From assembly GCF_000619845.1 (NCBI RefSeq), contig NZ_JHUX01000010.1, positions 52,292 through 84,291 on the forward strand: a stretch of DNA of 32,000 bases, written 5' to 3'. A program made the translations under genes and the position numbers. The DNA comes from Alkanindiges illinoisensis DSM 15370 (GTDB lineage Bacteria; Pseudomonadota; Gammaproteobacteria; Pseudomonadales; Moraxellaceae). Of this stretch, positions 20,303 to 28,600 are shown in pieces. The notes beneath the pieces are model-generated. The model saw only the letters and a list, made by a program, of their open reading frames with translations, was not told the DNA's origin and ran no database searches. Position 1 is the first letter of the stretch. Each line of letters begins with the position of its first letter.

Positions 20303-20980
20303 TTATTCAGCATCTGCATTTGGATCATAAATCAAAATAGCCTTGCCTTCGGTTTCAATCATGCCCTGTTCTTCAAGGGACTTAAGAACACGACCCACCA
20401 TTTCACGTGAACAACCTACCAGCCGACCAATTTCCTGACGGGTAATGCGAATCTGGCGGCCATTCGGTAAAATCATGGCTTCAGGTTGTGCCGCCAGATC
20501 CAGCAGGCAACGGGCAATACGGCCAGTCACATCGATGAAGGCCAGGTCGGTGACCTTGCGTGTGGTATTGCGCAGGCGGCGTACCAGCTGGGCAAACACG
20601 GCATAGCTCAAGTCAGGATAAATCTTGGCCAGCTCATGAAAAGTTTCATAGCTGATTTCTGCAATTTCACACATGGCACGGGTGCGAACTTCGGCAGAGC
20701 GCTGGGACTTTTCTTCAAACAGGCCCATTTCACCAAAGAAGTCACCGGCGTTCAAATACGCCACCACAATTTCACGTTCCTCATCTTCTTCAATGATGAT
20801 GGAAACAGAACCTTTTAAGATTAAATACAGCGAAGAAGATTCGGCACCCGCCTGCACAATGGTGGTGCGGTTTGGATAGCGCCGGATTTGTGCATGTTTC
20901 AGCAGCATTTTCAGCGAGGCTGGCAGCTGCATGGGTGAAAAGACATCTGTGCTTAACGAAGAGTTGGAAGACGCATACAT
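20303..20980 (-). CDS. crp: cAMP receptor protein family regulator (CRP/Vfr-like)
   Basis: The product is collinear with E. coli CRP: GDFFGEMGLFEE, LAFIDVTGRIARCLLDLA, and the HTH segment ITRQEIGRLVGCSREMVGRVLKSLEEQGMI. It has a roughly 15-aa N-terminal extension if ATG 20980 is used, and GGGAA precedes that start. Confidence 0.9.
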   Translation of the reverse strand: MYASSNSSLSTDVFSPMQLPASLKMLLKHAQIRRYPNRTTIVQAGAESSSLYLILKGSVSIIIEEDEEREIVVAYLNAGDFFGEMGLFEEKSQRSAEVRTRAMCEIAEISYETFHELAKIYPDLSYAVFAQLVRRLRNTTRKVTDLAFIDVTGRIARCLLDLAAQPEAMILPNGRQIRITRQEIGRLVGCSREMVGRVLKSLEEQGMIETEGKAILIYDPNADAE

Positions 20981-21138
20981 ATTTTAAATTCCCAAAAGTT
21001 GACGCCTCAAACCATTACCGTCATGCAGTGTTGACTAAAAAGTTGATTTGCTGGCACCAATACTGAATATCATCCATGCAGTATTTATGCTAGGGTAGAG
21101 GCAAGCCCTAACTTTAAAACCTTTACGCAGGAGTTGCA

Positions 21139-21561
21139 ATGCACGTCAGTGTCCGTTGGCTTGAAAATGTTGCTTTTGAAGCCAAATCTGCAAGTGGTCA
21201 TCCCATTATTATGGATGGCTCACCCGAATATGGTGGTGAAAACCGTGGCGCACGTCCCATGGAGCTTATCTTAATGGGTCTTGGTGGCTGTGCCTCGTTT
21301 GATATTGTAACCATTCTCAAAAAAGCGCGTCAGGATATTACCGATGTGCGTTGTGAGTTGCAGGCAGAGCGGGCAGATAGCATTCCGGCAGTATTTACCA
21401 AGATTCACCTGCACTTTGTGGTCTCTGGACGCAAGGTGAAGCCGAATCAGGTTGAAAAAGCCGTGCACCTGTCTGCGGAAAAATATTGTTCTGCCAGCAA
21501 AATGCTGATGGACGGCGGCGTTGAAATTACCCATGACTTTGAAGTCATCGAAGTCGAGTAA
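21139..21561 (+). CDS. yhfA: OsmC-family protein YhfA
   Basis: The 140-aa product is collinear with E. coli YhfA: GH.I.MDG, P.E..LM..GGC...D.V.IL.K.RQD, LSAEKYCS. It is divergent from crp, as in E. coli. AGGAG precedes the start. Confidence 0.82.
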   Translation: MHVSVRWLENVAFEAKSASGHPIIMDGSPEYGGENRGARPMELILMGLGGCASFDIVTILKKARQDITDVRCELQAERADSIPAVFTKIHLHFVVSGRKVKPNQVEKAVHLSAEKYCSASKMLMDGGVEITHDFEVIEVE

Positions 21562-21661
21562 TTTCTCACAGTTTTAGCTGATAGCGTGCTATAGACTAAC
21601 CTGTCTAGTTTGTGGTTTTACTGCCTGATGCGATAAAAGTAATAAATTAGTGTATTCATTT

Positions 21662-21696
21662 AAAGGCTGCCTGTGATCAAGCGGCCTTTTATTTTT
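21662..21696 (+). terminator. Rho-independent terminator in the yhfA/thiD convergent spacer
   Basis: AAAGGCTGC (21662-21670) pairs with GCGGCCTTT (21681-21689) with one G:U wobble, and TTTTATTTTT follows. Confidence 0.65.
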
Positions 21697-21711
21697 GGTG
21701 ATTAACATCCT

Positions 21712-22512
<801 letters not shown>

Positions 22513-22637
22513 TCAGAATACCATTTCCGCTATCTTTTTAAGGAAATAGCATCATCATTAAGATGATTTTTATTTTATAGTGCTAAAGCAGAAAATAGCT
22601 GTGTTAAATACAAATTTCTATAGAGGGGTTTATTAGA

Positions 22638-23402
22638 TTGAGTGAGTGCGCCCAAAACTGGCGAGTTAAAGCCATTTTACTGGATCTGGATGGCACATTA
22701 ACTGATCCCAAGATTGGTATTACTTCATGCATCCGATATGCCTTAAATGGCTTGAATATCACAGAAGTACCCGATGATCTGGACTGGTGTATTGGGCCTC
22801 CACTGATTAATTCATTTGCCACCCTGCTAAATAGCAACGATACGGCATTGCTTGATCAGGCGCTGGGCTTATATCGCGCGCGTTTTTCTACTGTCGGGAT
22901 GTATGAAAACAGCGTTTATCCTGAAATTACGCAGGGATTGCAGCAGCTACAACAGGCAGGCTTTCAGCTTTATCTGGCAACATCCAAACCGCATATTTAT
23001 GCAAAACAGATTCTTGAGCATTTTGAGCTAAATCAGTTTTTTAATGCGGTATATGGCAGCGAGTTAAGTGGAGAACGCACTGATAAAACAGAACTTATTC
23101 ATTATATTCTGGCGCAGGAAAAATTAAATCCTAAGCAGTGTGTCATGGTAGGTGACCGCAAATACGATATTATCGGAGCGAAGAATAATGGAATTTGCAG
23201 CATAGCCATTACGTATGGCTATGGCAGTAGGGCAGAGCTAAACGAGGCCTGTCCAGATTATATGTTTGAACAGTTCAATAGGGTGGTCGATTTTTTAATT
23301 AAAAAAATATTAGATCGTACCAGTAGTCAAAATCAGCCAACATTAAGACAAATAATAAAGCCTCTTAAAACAGAGGCTTTACCACCACCAGAATCACAAT
23401 AA
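22638..23402 (+). CDS. HAD-IA family hydrolase (phosphoglycolate-phosphatase-like); substrate unknown
   Basis: HAD motif I is LLDLDGTLTD, motif II is LATSKP and motif IV is VGDRKYDIIGA. The only in-frame start upstream of motif I is TTG 22638, with GAGGGG 9 nt upstream. The C-terminal tail of about 30 aa overlaps the hemJ 3' end. Confidence 0.72.
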   Translation: MSECAQNWRVKAILLDLDGTLTDPKIGITSCIRYALNGLNITEVPDDLDWCIGPPLINSFATLLNSNDTALLDQALGLYRARFSTVGMYENSVYPEITQGLQQLQQAGFQLYLATSKPHIYAKQILEHFELNQFFNAVYGSELSGERTDKTELIHYILAQEKLNPKQCVMVGDRKYDIIGAKNNGICSIAITYGYGSRAELNEACPDYMFEQFNRVVDFLIKKILDRTSSQNQPTLRQIIKPLKTEALPPPESQ

Positions 23403-23829
23403 TAATTAATGCAATGGTGGGCACTTCATTAAAATAACGCCAGAACACATGCGTCTTGTAATGCGGATTGGCAATCAGTTGCTTGCGGTAATAGCCACAC
23501 AGCAGGTGATAGACCACCAGAAAAAGCACCAGGCTAATCTTTAAATAAAACCATAGCGCGTCATGATAATGCCGATAAGGGTCGCCAATACTCACCAGAA
23601 AATGGCCGGTAATTAAGGTGCCCAGCATGGCCGGCCACATAATACCGCGATACAGCTTGCGTTCCATTACTTCAAAGCGCTGATGGCTAACCGTATCGTC
23701 ACTCATGGCATGGTAAACAAACAGGCGCGGCAAATAGAACAATGCGGCAAACCAGCAGATAATTGCAATGATGTGTAGGGCCTTGACCCACAAAAAGCTT
23801 TGCGGTATCACCAGCGTTTCCAGAGCCAT
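23365..23829 (-). CDS. hemJ: Protoporphyrinogen IX oxidase HemJ
   Basis: The 154-aa membrane protein has the HemJ-family signature KALHIIAIICWFAALFYLPRLFVYHA. Its start lies 1 nt after the fabB stop. Confidence 0.85.
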   Translation of the reverse strand: MALETLVIPQSFLWVKALHIIAIICWFAALFYLPRLFVYHAMSDDTVSHQRFEVMERKLYRGIMWPAMLGTLITGHFLVSIGDPYRHYHDALWFYLKISLVLFLVVYHLLCGYYRKQLIANPHYKTHVFWRYFNEVPTIALIIIVILVVVKPLF

Positions 23830-23830
23830 A

Positions 23831-25057
23831 TCAATCTTCCCAGCGCTTAAGGATCAGGCTGGCATTCGTGCCGCCAAAACCAAAGCTGTTGCTCATGACA
23901 GTATTTAGCTGGGTCGGACGTGCCTGCTGTACAATGTCAAATTCTGCTGCTTCTGGGTCAAGCTCAGCAATATTAATGGATGGTGCAATAAATTGTTCCT
24001 GCATCATCAGCAGACAGTAAATTGCTTCTTGCACACCGGCTGCACCTAGACTGTGACCTGTCATGGATTTGGTGGAGCTAATGGCCGGGCAATTTTCACC
24101 AAACACTTCTTTAATGGCCTTAAGCTCGGCAGTATCACCAATGGGCGTGCTGGTGCCATGGGTATTGATGTAATCAATTTTCTCAACACCATGCTGGCGC
24201 GCTTCTTCCAGAGCCATACGCATGCAGCGCACTGCACCTTCACCACTGGGGGCAACCATGTCATAGCCATCGCTGCTGGCACCATAGCCCACCAGTTCTG
24301 CCAGAATCCGGGCACCACGTTTCTGGGCATGTTCCAGGGATTCAACCACCACCACACCGCCGCCACCCGCAATCACAAACCCGTCACGATCTACCGAATA
24401 AGGGCGCGATGCCGTTTCGGGCTGGTCATTAAAATGGGTGCTCATGGCCCCCATGCCATCAAATAAAATGGACTGGGTCCAGTGATCTTCCTCACCACCG
24501 CCAGCCAGCATCAAATCCTGCTTGCCCAGCTGAATCAGCTGAGCTGCATAGCCAATCGCATCAGCAGAAGTGGCGCAGGCCGAGGAAATACTGTGGCTAA
24601 CCCCTTGCAGTTTTAAACCCAGACCAATAGCCGCGGTAATGGTATTACTCATATTGCGCGGTACCAGCGTCGCGCCGAGCTTGCGCGCGCCCTTTTCACG
24701 CAACACATCCGCAGCTTCAACAATAGTTGCTGTGGACGCACCACCCGTACCGGCAATAACGCCATAACGCGGATTTTGTCCAACATCTTCAGGCTTAAGC
24801 CCAGCATCTTCAATCGCTGCCAGCGCCGATAGATAGGCAAAAGCCGAAGCATCGCCCATAAAACGCTTGAGCTTGCGGTCAATTTTAGTGAAGTCCGCCA
24901 CAGCCGAGGCACTCACCTGACTGCGCATGCCCAGTTCGGCATACTTTTCATTAAAACGTGTACCGGAAATACCATGTTTGAGAGAATGCGTAACCGTTTG
25001 ACGATCATTTCCTAAGCAAGAATAAATACCTAATCCAGTGATGACAACACGAGTCAT
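23831..25057 (-). CDS. fabB: 3-oxoacyl-ACP synthase I (FabB-type KAS)
   Basis: The product is collinear with E. coli FabB along its whole length: ITGLGI, active-site SSACATS, GKQD...[63 protein letters not shown]. Confidence 0.92.
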   Translation of the reverse strand: MTRVVITGLGIYSCLGNDRQTVTHSLKHGISGTRFNEKYAELGMRSQVSASAVADFTKIDRKLKRFMGDASAFAYLSALAAIEDAGLKPEDVGQNPRYGVIAGTGGASTATIVEAADVLREKGARKLGATLVPRNMSNTITAAIGLGLKLQGVSHSISSACATSADAIGYAAQLIQLGKQDLMLAGGGEEDHWTQSILFDGMGAMSTHFNDQPETASRPYSVDRDGFVIAGGGGVVVVESLEHAQKRGARILAELVGYGASSDGYDMVAPSGEGAVRCMRMALEEARQHGVEKIDYINTHGTSTPIGDTAELKAIKEVFGENCPAISSTKSMTGHSLGAAGVQEAIYCLLMMQEQFIAPSINIAELDPEAAEFDIVQQARPTQLNTVMSNSFGFGGTNASLILKRWED

Positions 25058-25120
25058 ATTTGTAATCCCAAGGGTAAATGATAGAAGTCAACGCGCAGGG
25101 CAGTGAGCGGCAATACATTA

Positions 25121-25134
25121 GTGTACAGGTACAC
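25121..25134. promoter_or_regulatory. Perfect palindrome GTGTAC-AG-GTACAC upstream of fabB, a possible fatty-acid regulator (FabR/DesT-type) operator
   Basis: The 6-bp arms are exact reverse complements of each other. The palindrome lies 64-77 nt upstream of the fabB ATG and just downstream of a -10-like TATGAT on the - strand (25142-25147). The identity of the binding protein is inferred only from resemblance to GTACA-rich FabR sites. Confidence 0.35.
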
Positions 25135-25367
25135 GCGGGCTATCATACAAAAACCTGTGCGATAAACCAAAAGTGTTTATAAAGCACAAGCATCTCTATA
25201 GTAACGACGCTGTAATAACACAGCAATAACGTATCTTGCACAGAATACGACACAAACACTATGGCGCAGGGTTGCGATGCAAATAAACTCCTTGTTATTG
25301 TGGTTTTAATCAAAACAAGTGTTTAGAAAGTACTTGGTTTAAAACTACTGCAACGAGGAAATGCATT

Positions 25368-27035
25368 ATGACTGGTTCAGTTAATAGTGCGCAGACCAAA
25401 CAATCTTCGCCTGATTTTAAAGATGGCTTTGCGCAAAATTTACCAACATCAATGGCCAAGGCTTCACCTGATCTGTTTGACAGCTTGCGTGCACGCAGCA
25501 AAAGTTTATCAGATATGGGACAAAACTTATTAAAGCAACTGGCTAAAAATTCAGTTAGCCGTTTAACCGAAATTCCTGAAGCAAATAGTGTGATTAATAT
25601 GACTACCGATAACCAAACTCCAAGTAACAGTTCTTCTACCCTTAAAGCACCAAACCGTGCCAACCAGTTATTCCGCCAGCAACTGCCCGGCATTACTAAA
25701 CAAGTTCTGGGCAAGCGCTTTAATACCGTCAACAAACTGGCCAATCTGGTCATGCCAGCAGGCAGTTTTGACAAGGTATCTGACCAGATTCTGGAATTGC
25801 TGGCTGATTTTGCATCTACCGTCAGTGCCAGCGACCATATTATTGATGAAGCCGGAGTAAAAACGCTGGCTGATCTGCAAGGTGATACCGCCCGTTCCGG
25901 ACGTCTGGCCCGTGCCTTAAATGAAAAAAACCGTTATATCGGCATGGCACAGGGTGCTATTAGCGGCGCAACGGGCGTGGCTGGTGCGGCGGCTGACATT
26001 CCACTGTCTATGATTCTGGCCTTGCGTACCGTGTATCTCACTGGCCGTGCCTATGGTTTTGAATTAAACCAGCCTGAAGACCGTGCCATGATTTTTGAGG
26101 CATTGTCCAATGCTGACTTAAGCCTGATTACTGAAAAACAGGCAATTCTTATTGGCCTCAATAGTGTCAGTGGTATGCTGGGAACAGGCAACATTCAGGG
26201 CTTACAAGCCATGTTGGGATCAACCAATGATTTCGAGCCATTGTTCAAATTATTGTCTGACTCCAATGGCCAGCTGAAATGGCGCATTAGTGCTGCGTTG
26301 CTGGATAAAGTAACGCCAGTAATTGGTGGTGCAGTTGGTGCGATTTATACCAGTCGCCTGCTTAAAGAAGTGAGCGACAGTGCCAAACAGGTGTTTGAAC
26401 ATGCCCGCCAGCAAAGCGCTGGTCAGGGAATTAGCCAGAATACCAGTCAGCAAGCGGCAAGCCAGCAGCCTTTAAAAATTGAAGACAAACTGCCGAATCC
26501 TGAAACTCCAGCCAGTCAGGAAGAGCAAGCTGCTCAAAAAGAGGCTCAGGAAGCACTGCTGCACAATCAGGATATTGCCAAAGTAGAAGTGAGCACTCGC
26601 AGTGAACACGATGGCCAGCAAGTAGATGAAGCCACTAAGGATGAGCAGATTCATGACCAGTTGAGTGCATTGGCTGATGCAATGATTGATGATAATGCGG
26701 ATGATCAAGCCAGTCAGGGTGGTGATTCCAGTCAGGACAACAAGGGCGCTAATGCTTCAGCACAGGAAGGCGATTCTGATGCCTCTACTGAAGACAGCAC
26801 AGCACAGGATACAGCACCTAAAAAAACTGCCCGCACCAGCAAGGCCAAATCAACTGCTGATACTGATGAAAGCACTGCCAAGGCTAGTACAGCGCAAGAT
26901 ACTGACAGCAAGGCAGGCGATAAAGCTGATTCTGCTAAGCCAGCGCGTCGTTCTACCCGTAAAACCGGCAACTCGGCAGCCAGCAGTACAGCAACAGCTG
27001 ATAATGCCCAAGCCAGTGCCAATACGAATCGCTAA
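25368..27035 (+). CDS. EcsC-family protein with disordered N- and C-terminal extensions
   Basis: The central region AQGAISGATGVAGAAADIPLSMILALRTVYLTGRAYGFEL fits the EcsC (PF12787-type) signature as I remember it. GAGGAA sits 7 nt upstream of the ATG. The last 200 aa or so are D/S/T/A/Q/K-rich low complexity. Confidence 0.6.
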   Translation: MTGSVNSAQTKQSSPDFKDGFAQNLPTSMAKASPDLFDSLRARSKSLSDMGQNLLKQLAKNSVSRLTEIPEANSVINMTTDNQTPSNSSSTLKAPNRANQLFRQQLPGITKQVLGKRFNTVNKLANLVMPAGSFDKVSDQILELLADFASTVSASDHIIDEAGVKTLADLQGDTARSGRLARALNEKNRYIGMAQGAISGATGVAGAAADIPLSMILALRTVYLTGRAYGFELNQPEDRAMIFEALSNADLSLITEKQAILIGLNSVSGMLGTGNIQGLQAMLGSTNDFEPLFKLLSDSNGQLKWRISAALLDKVTPVIGGAVGAIYTSRLLKEVSDSAKQVFEHARQQSAGQGISQNTSQQAASQQPLKIEDKLPNPETPASQEEQAAQKEAQEALLHNQDIAKVEVSTRSEHDGQQVDEATKDEQIHDQLSALADAMIDDNADDQASQGGDSSQDNKGANASAQEGDSDASTEDSTAQDTAPKKTARTSKAKSTADTDESTAKASTAQDTDSKAGDKADSAKPARRSTRKTGNSAASSTATADNAQASANTNR

Positions 27036-27105
27036 GCCAGATGTAACAGGGCATTGCCAGTCATGGTAAATTAATTCCTGATACATCTTATGCTTATGCT
27101 GTAAG

Positions 27106-27143
27106 ACGCCTGATTCACTATTACCTGAATCGGGCGTTTTTTT
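27106..27143 (+). terminator. Rho-independent terminator after the EcsC-family gene
   Basis: ACGCCTGATTCA (27106-27117) pairs with TGAATCGGGCGT (27126-27137) with one G:U wobble, and a T7 run follows. Confidence 0.8.
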
Positions 27144-27304
27144 ATGCTTGTTCTTATCCCTTAATTTCCCTCTGTTTTTATCATCCTGAGGGGCTTGATA
27201 TAATGCAAAAAGCCCCCATTTTATGGGCTTGCTCAGGGATGTTCAAAGGAAGACTGGCCAGGAAGCCAGAGAGGATAGGCAGGAAATCCTATAGTGATGA
27301 AATC

Positions 27305-27333
27305 TTGACCCTCACCCGCTTATCCTCTACAAT
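27305..27333 (+). promoter_or_regulatory. Putative sigma70 promoter of the str operon (rpsL-rpsG-fusA-tuf)
   Basis: TTGACC (27305-27310), an exact 17-nt spacer, then TACAAT (27328-27333). It lies 64 nt upstream of the rpsL ATG. Confidence 0.6.
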
Positions 27334-27340
27334 TTGATGC

Positions 27341-27375
27341 CCTCAAAAAGGGGTAAAGCCTTTTTGGGGTTTTTT
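27341..27375 (+). promoter_or_regulatory. Terminator-like hairpin plus U-tract at the predicted 5' end of the rpsL leader
   Basis: CCTCAAAAAGG (27341-27351) pairs with CCTTTTTGGGG (27359-27369) over 11 bp with one G:U wobble. The loop is GGTAAAG and a T6 run follows (27370-27375). The hairpin begins about 7 nt after the -10 element. Confidence 0.5.
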
Positions 27376-27396
27376 GTTTACGGGAGAGAGTGCCTT

Positions 27397-27771
27397 ATGG
27401 CAACAACGAATCAATTGATCCGCAAGGGTCGCAGCACTTTGGTTGAAAAGTCCAAAGTTCCTGCACTGAAAGCGTGTCCACAGCGCCGTGGCGTTTGTAC
27501 ACGTGTTTATACCACTACCCCTAAAAAGCCAAACTCTGCAATGCGCAAAGTTTGTCGTGTACGTTTGACTTCAGGCTTTGAAGTATCAAGTTACATCGGT
27601 GGTGAAGGCCATAACCTGCAAGAGCACAGCGTTGTGTTAATCCGTGGCGGTCGTGTTAAAGACCTGCCAGGTGTACGTTATCACACCGTTCGTGGTTCTT
27701 TAGACTGTGCCGGTGTTAAAAACCGTAGCCAGAGTCGTTCTAAGTACGGTGCAAAACGTCCTAAGAAATAA
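27397..27771 (+). CDS. rpsL: 30S ribosomal protein S12
   Basis: [12 protein letters not shown]...PKKPNSALRK-type sequence (here [17 protein letters not shown]) identifies S12. The product is 124 aa and GGGAGAGAG lies upstream. The ORF track start 27334 is rejected. Confidence 0.97.
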   Translation: MATTNQLIRKGRSTLVEKSKVPALKACPQRRGVCTRVYTTTPKKPNSAMRKVCRVRLTSGFEVSSYIGGEGHNLQEHSVVLIRGGRVKDLPGVRYHTVRGSLDCAGVKNRSQSRSKYGAKRPKK

Positions 27772-27867
27772 GGCTTTTGTCTTAAAAAATTAACACCGTT
27801 TATGCTTGAGACTCACAAAAGTTTTTAGCCTAGCGGCGTTGTAGAGTAAGGCCAGCGTACAGTACAG

Positions 27868-27908
27868 ATGACACTCGTACAATCTGCTGGATCACCCTGA
27901 AGTGTCAT
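27868..27908 (+). promoter_or_regulatory. Intercistronic hairpin just upstream of the rpsG SD, a candidate S7 autoregulatory site
   Basis: ATGACACT (27868-27875) is the perfect complement of AGTGTCAT (27901-27908). The hairpin ends 2 nt before AAAAGG and 15 nt before the rpsG ATG. The assigned role rests on analogy with E. coli S7 binding in the rpsL-rpsG spacer. Confidence 0.3.
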
Positions 27909-27922
27909 AAAAGGTTGTTATC

Positions 27923-28393
27923 ATGCCAAGACGTCGCGTCGTCGCCGCCCGTGAAATTCTGCCGGATCCAAAATTCGGTAGCCAAACCATCGCCAAGTTC
28001 ATGAACCATGTCATGCAGGATGGTAAAAAATCTGTTGCTGAAGGAATCGTTTACGGTGCCCTTGAGCGTGTACAGGAAAAAGCAAAAGTTGAACCTGTTG
28101 AGTTTTTCGAAACTACGCTAGAAAAAGTTCGCCCAATGGTTGAAGTTAAGGCTCGCCGTGTTGGTGGTGCTACTTATCAGGTGCCTATGGAAGTACGCCC
28201 CTCCCGTCGTACCGCCCTGGCTATGCGCTGGTTGGTAGATGCTGCTGTCAAGCGTTCCGAAAAAACCATGGCACTGCGTCTGGCTGGCGAATTGCTGGAT
28301 GCTGCTGAAGGTAAAGGCGCTGCCATCAAGAAGCGTGAAGATGTGCATCGCATGGCAGAAGCCAACAAAGCCTTCTCGCACTACCGCTTCTAA
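27923..28393 (+). CDS. rpsG: 30S ribosomal protein S7
   Basis: [20 protein letters not shown] is the canonical S7 N-terminus. The product is 156 aa. Confidence 0.97.
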   Translation: MPRRRVVAAREILPDPKFGSQTIAKFMNHVMQDGKKSVAEGIVYGALERVQEKAKVEPVEFFETTLEKVRPMVEVKARRVGGATYQVPMEVRPSRRTALAMRWLVDAAVKRSEKTMALRLAGELLDAAEGKGAAIKKREDVHRMAEANKAFSHYRF

Positions 28394-28524
28394 GCGGGCA
28401 AAACAGGTCGTTGTTGAACAAACAATCAGGAGAAGAATGATGCGTATTGCTGCCCGTTTTAATATTGCGCTCCTAGCGAGCGGGGGATTTGCCGGCATTT
28501 AAGGCAAACGCACTTCTTTTTAGT

Positions 28525-28563
28525 CGCATTAAACGAATTCACTTTACTGACTCGTTTAATGCG
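28525..28563 (+). other. 12-bp perfect stem-loop in the unusually long rpsG-fusA spacer
   Basis: CGCATTAAACGA (28525-28536) pairs with TCGTTTAATGCG (28552-28563). The loop is 15 nt, and TCCTGTTTT follows. Confidence 0.6.
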
Positions 28564-28600
28564 TCCTGTTTTGACACAAATTTTAGGAAAGCAAGCAATC

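Noticed and set aside
20981-21138. I looked for a CRP/Vfr autoregulatory site (TGTGA-N6-TCACA) in the crp-yhfA divergent spacer.
   Set aside because: No TGTGA/TCACA pair is present. Only a weak TGACG-N14-CGTCA inverted repeat was seen, and it does not fit the known spacing.
25310-25774. A 154-aa - strand ORF lies opposite the 5' part of the EcsC-family gene.
   Set aside because: It would have to start inside the + strand gene, it ends in the fabB/EcsC spacer, and it has no SD. The + strand gene has the better translation signals and domain support.
26686-27086. Three additional long ORFs (127 aa on the + strand, 96 aa and 78 aa on the - strand) overlap the tail of the EcsC-family gene.
   Set aside because: They lie entirely within a compositionally biased region where stop codons are depleted in several frames. 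The main frame is continuous with the EcsC core and has the only good SD.
28118-28502. ORFs of 126 aa (- strand) and 87 aa (+ strand) bridge the rpsG 3' end and the rpsG-fusA spacer.
   Set aside because: Both largely overlap the certain rpsG gene in other frames or on the other strand, and neither has translation signals.
28571-28599. TTGACA-17 nt-AGCAAT just upstream of fusA, considered as an internal promoter.
   Set aside because: The predicted transcription start would fall downstream of the fusA ATG (28601), so it cannot serve fusA as positioned. The -10 element is also weak.
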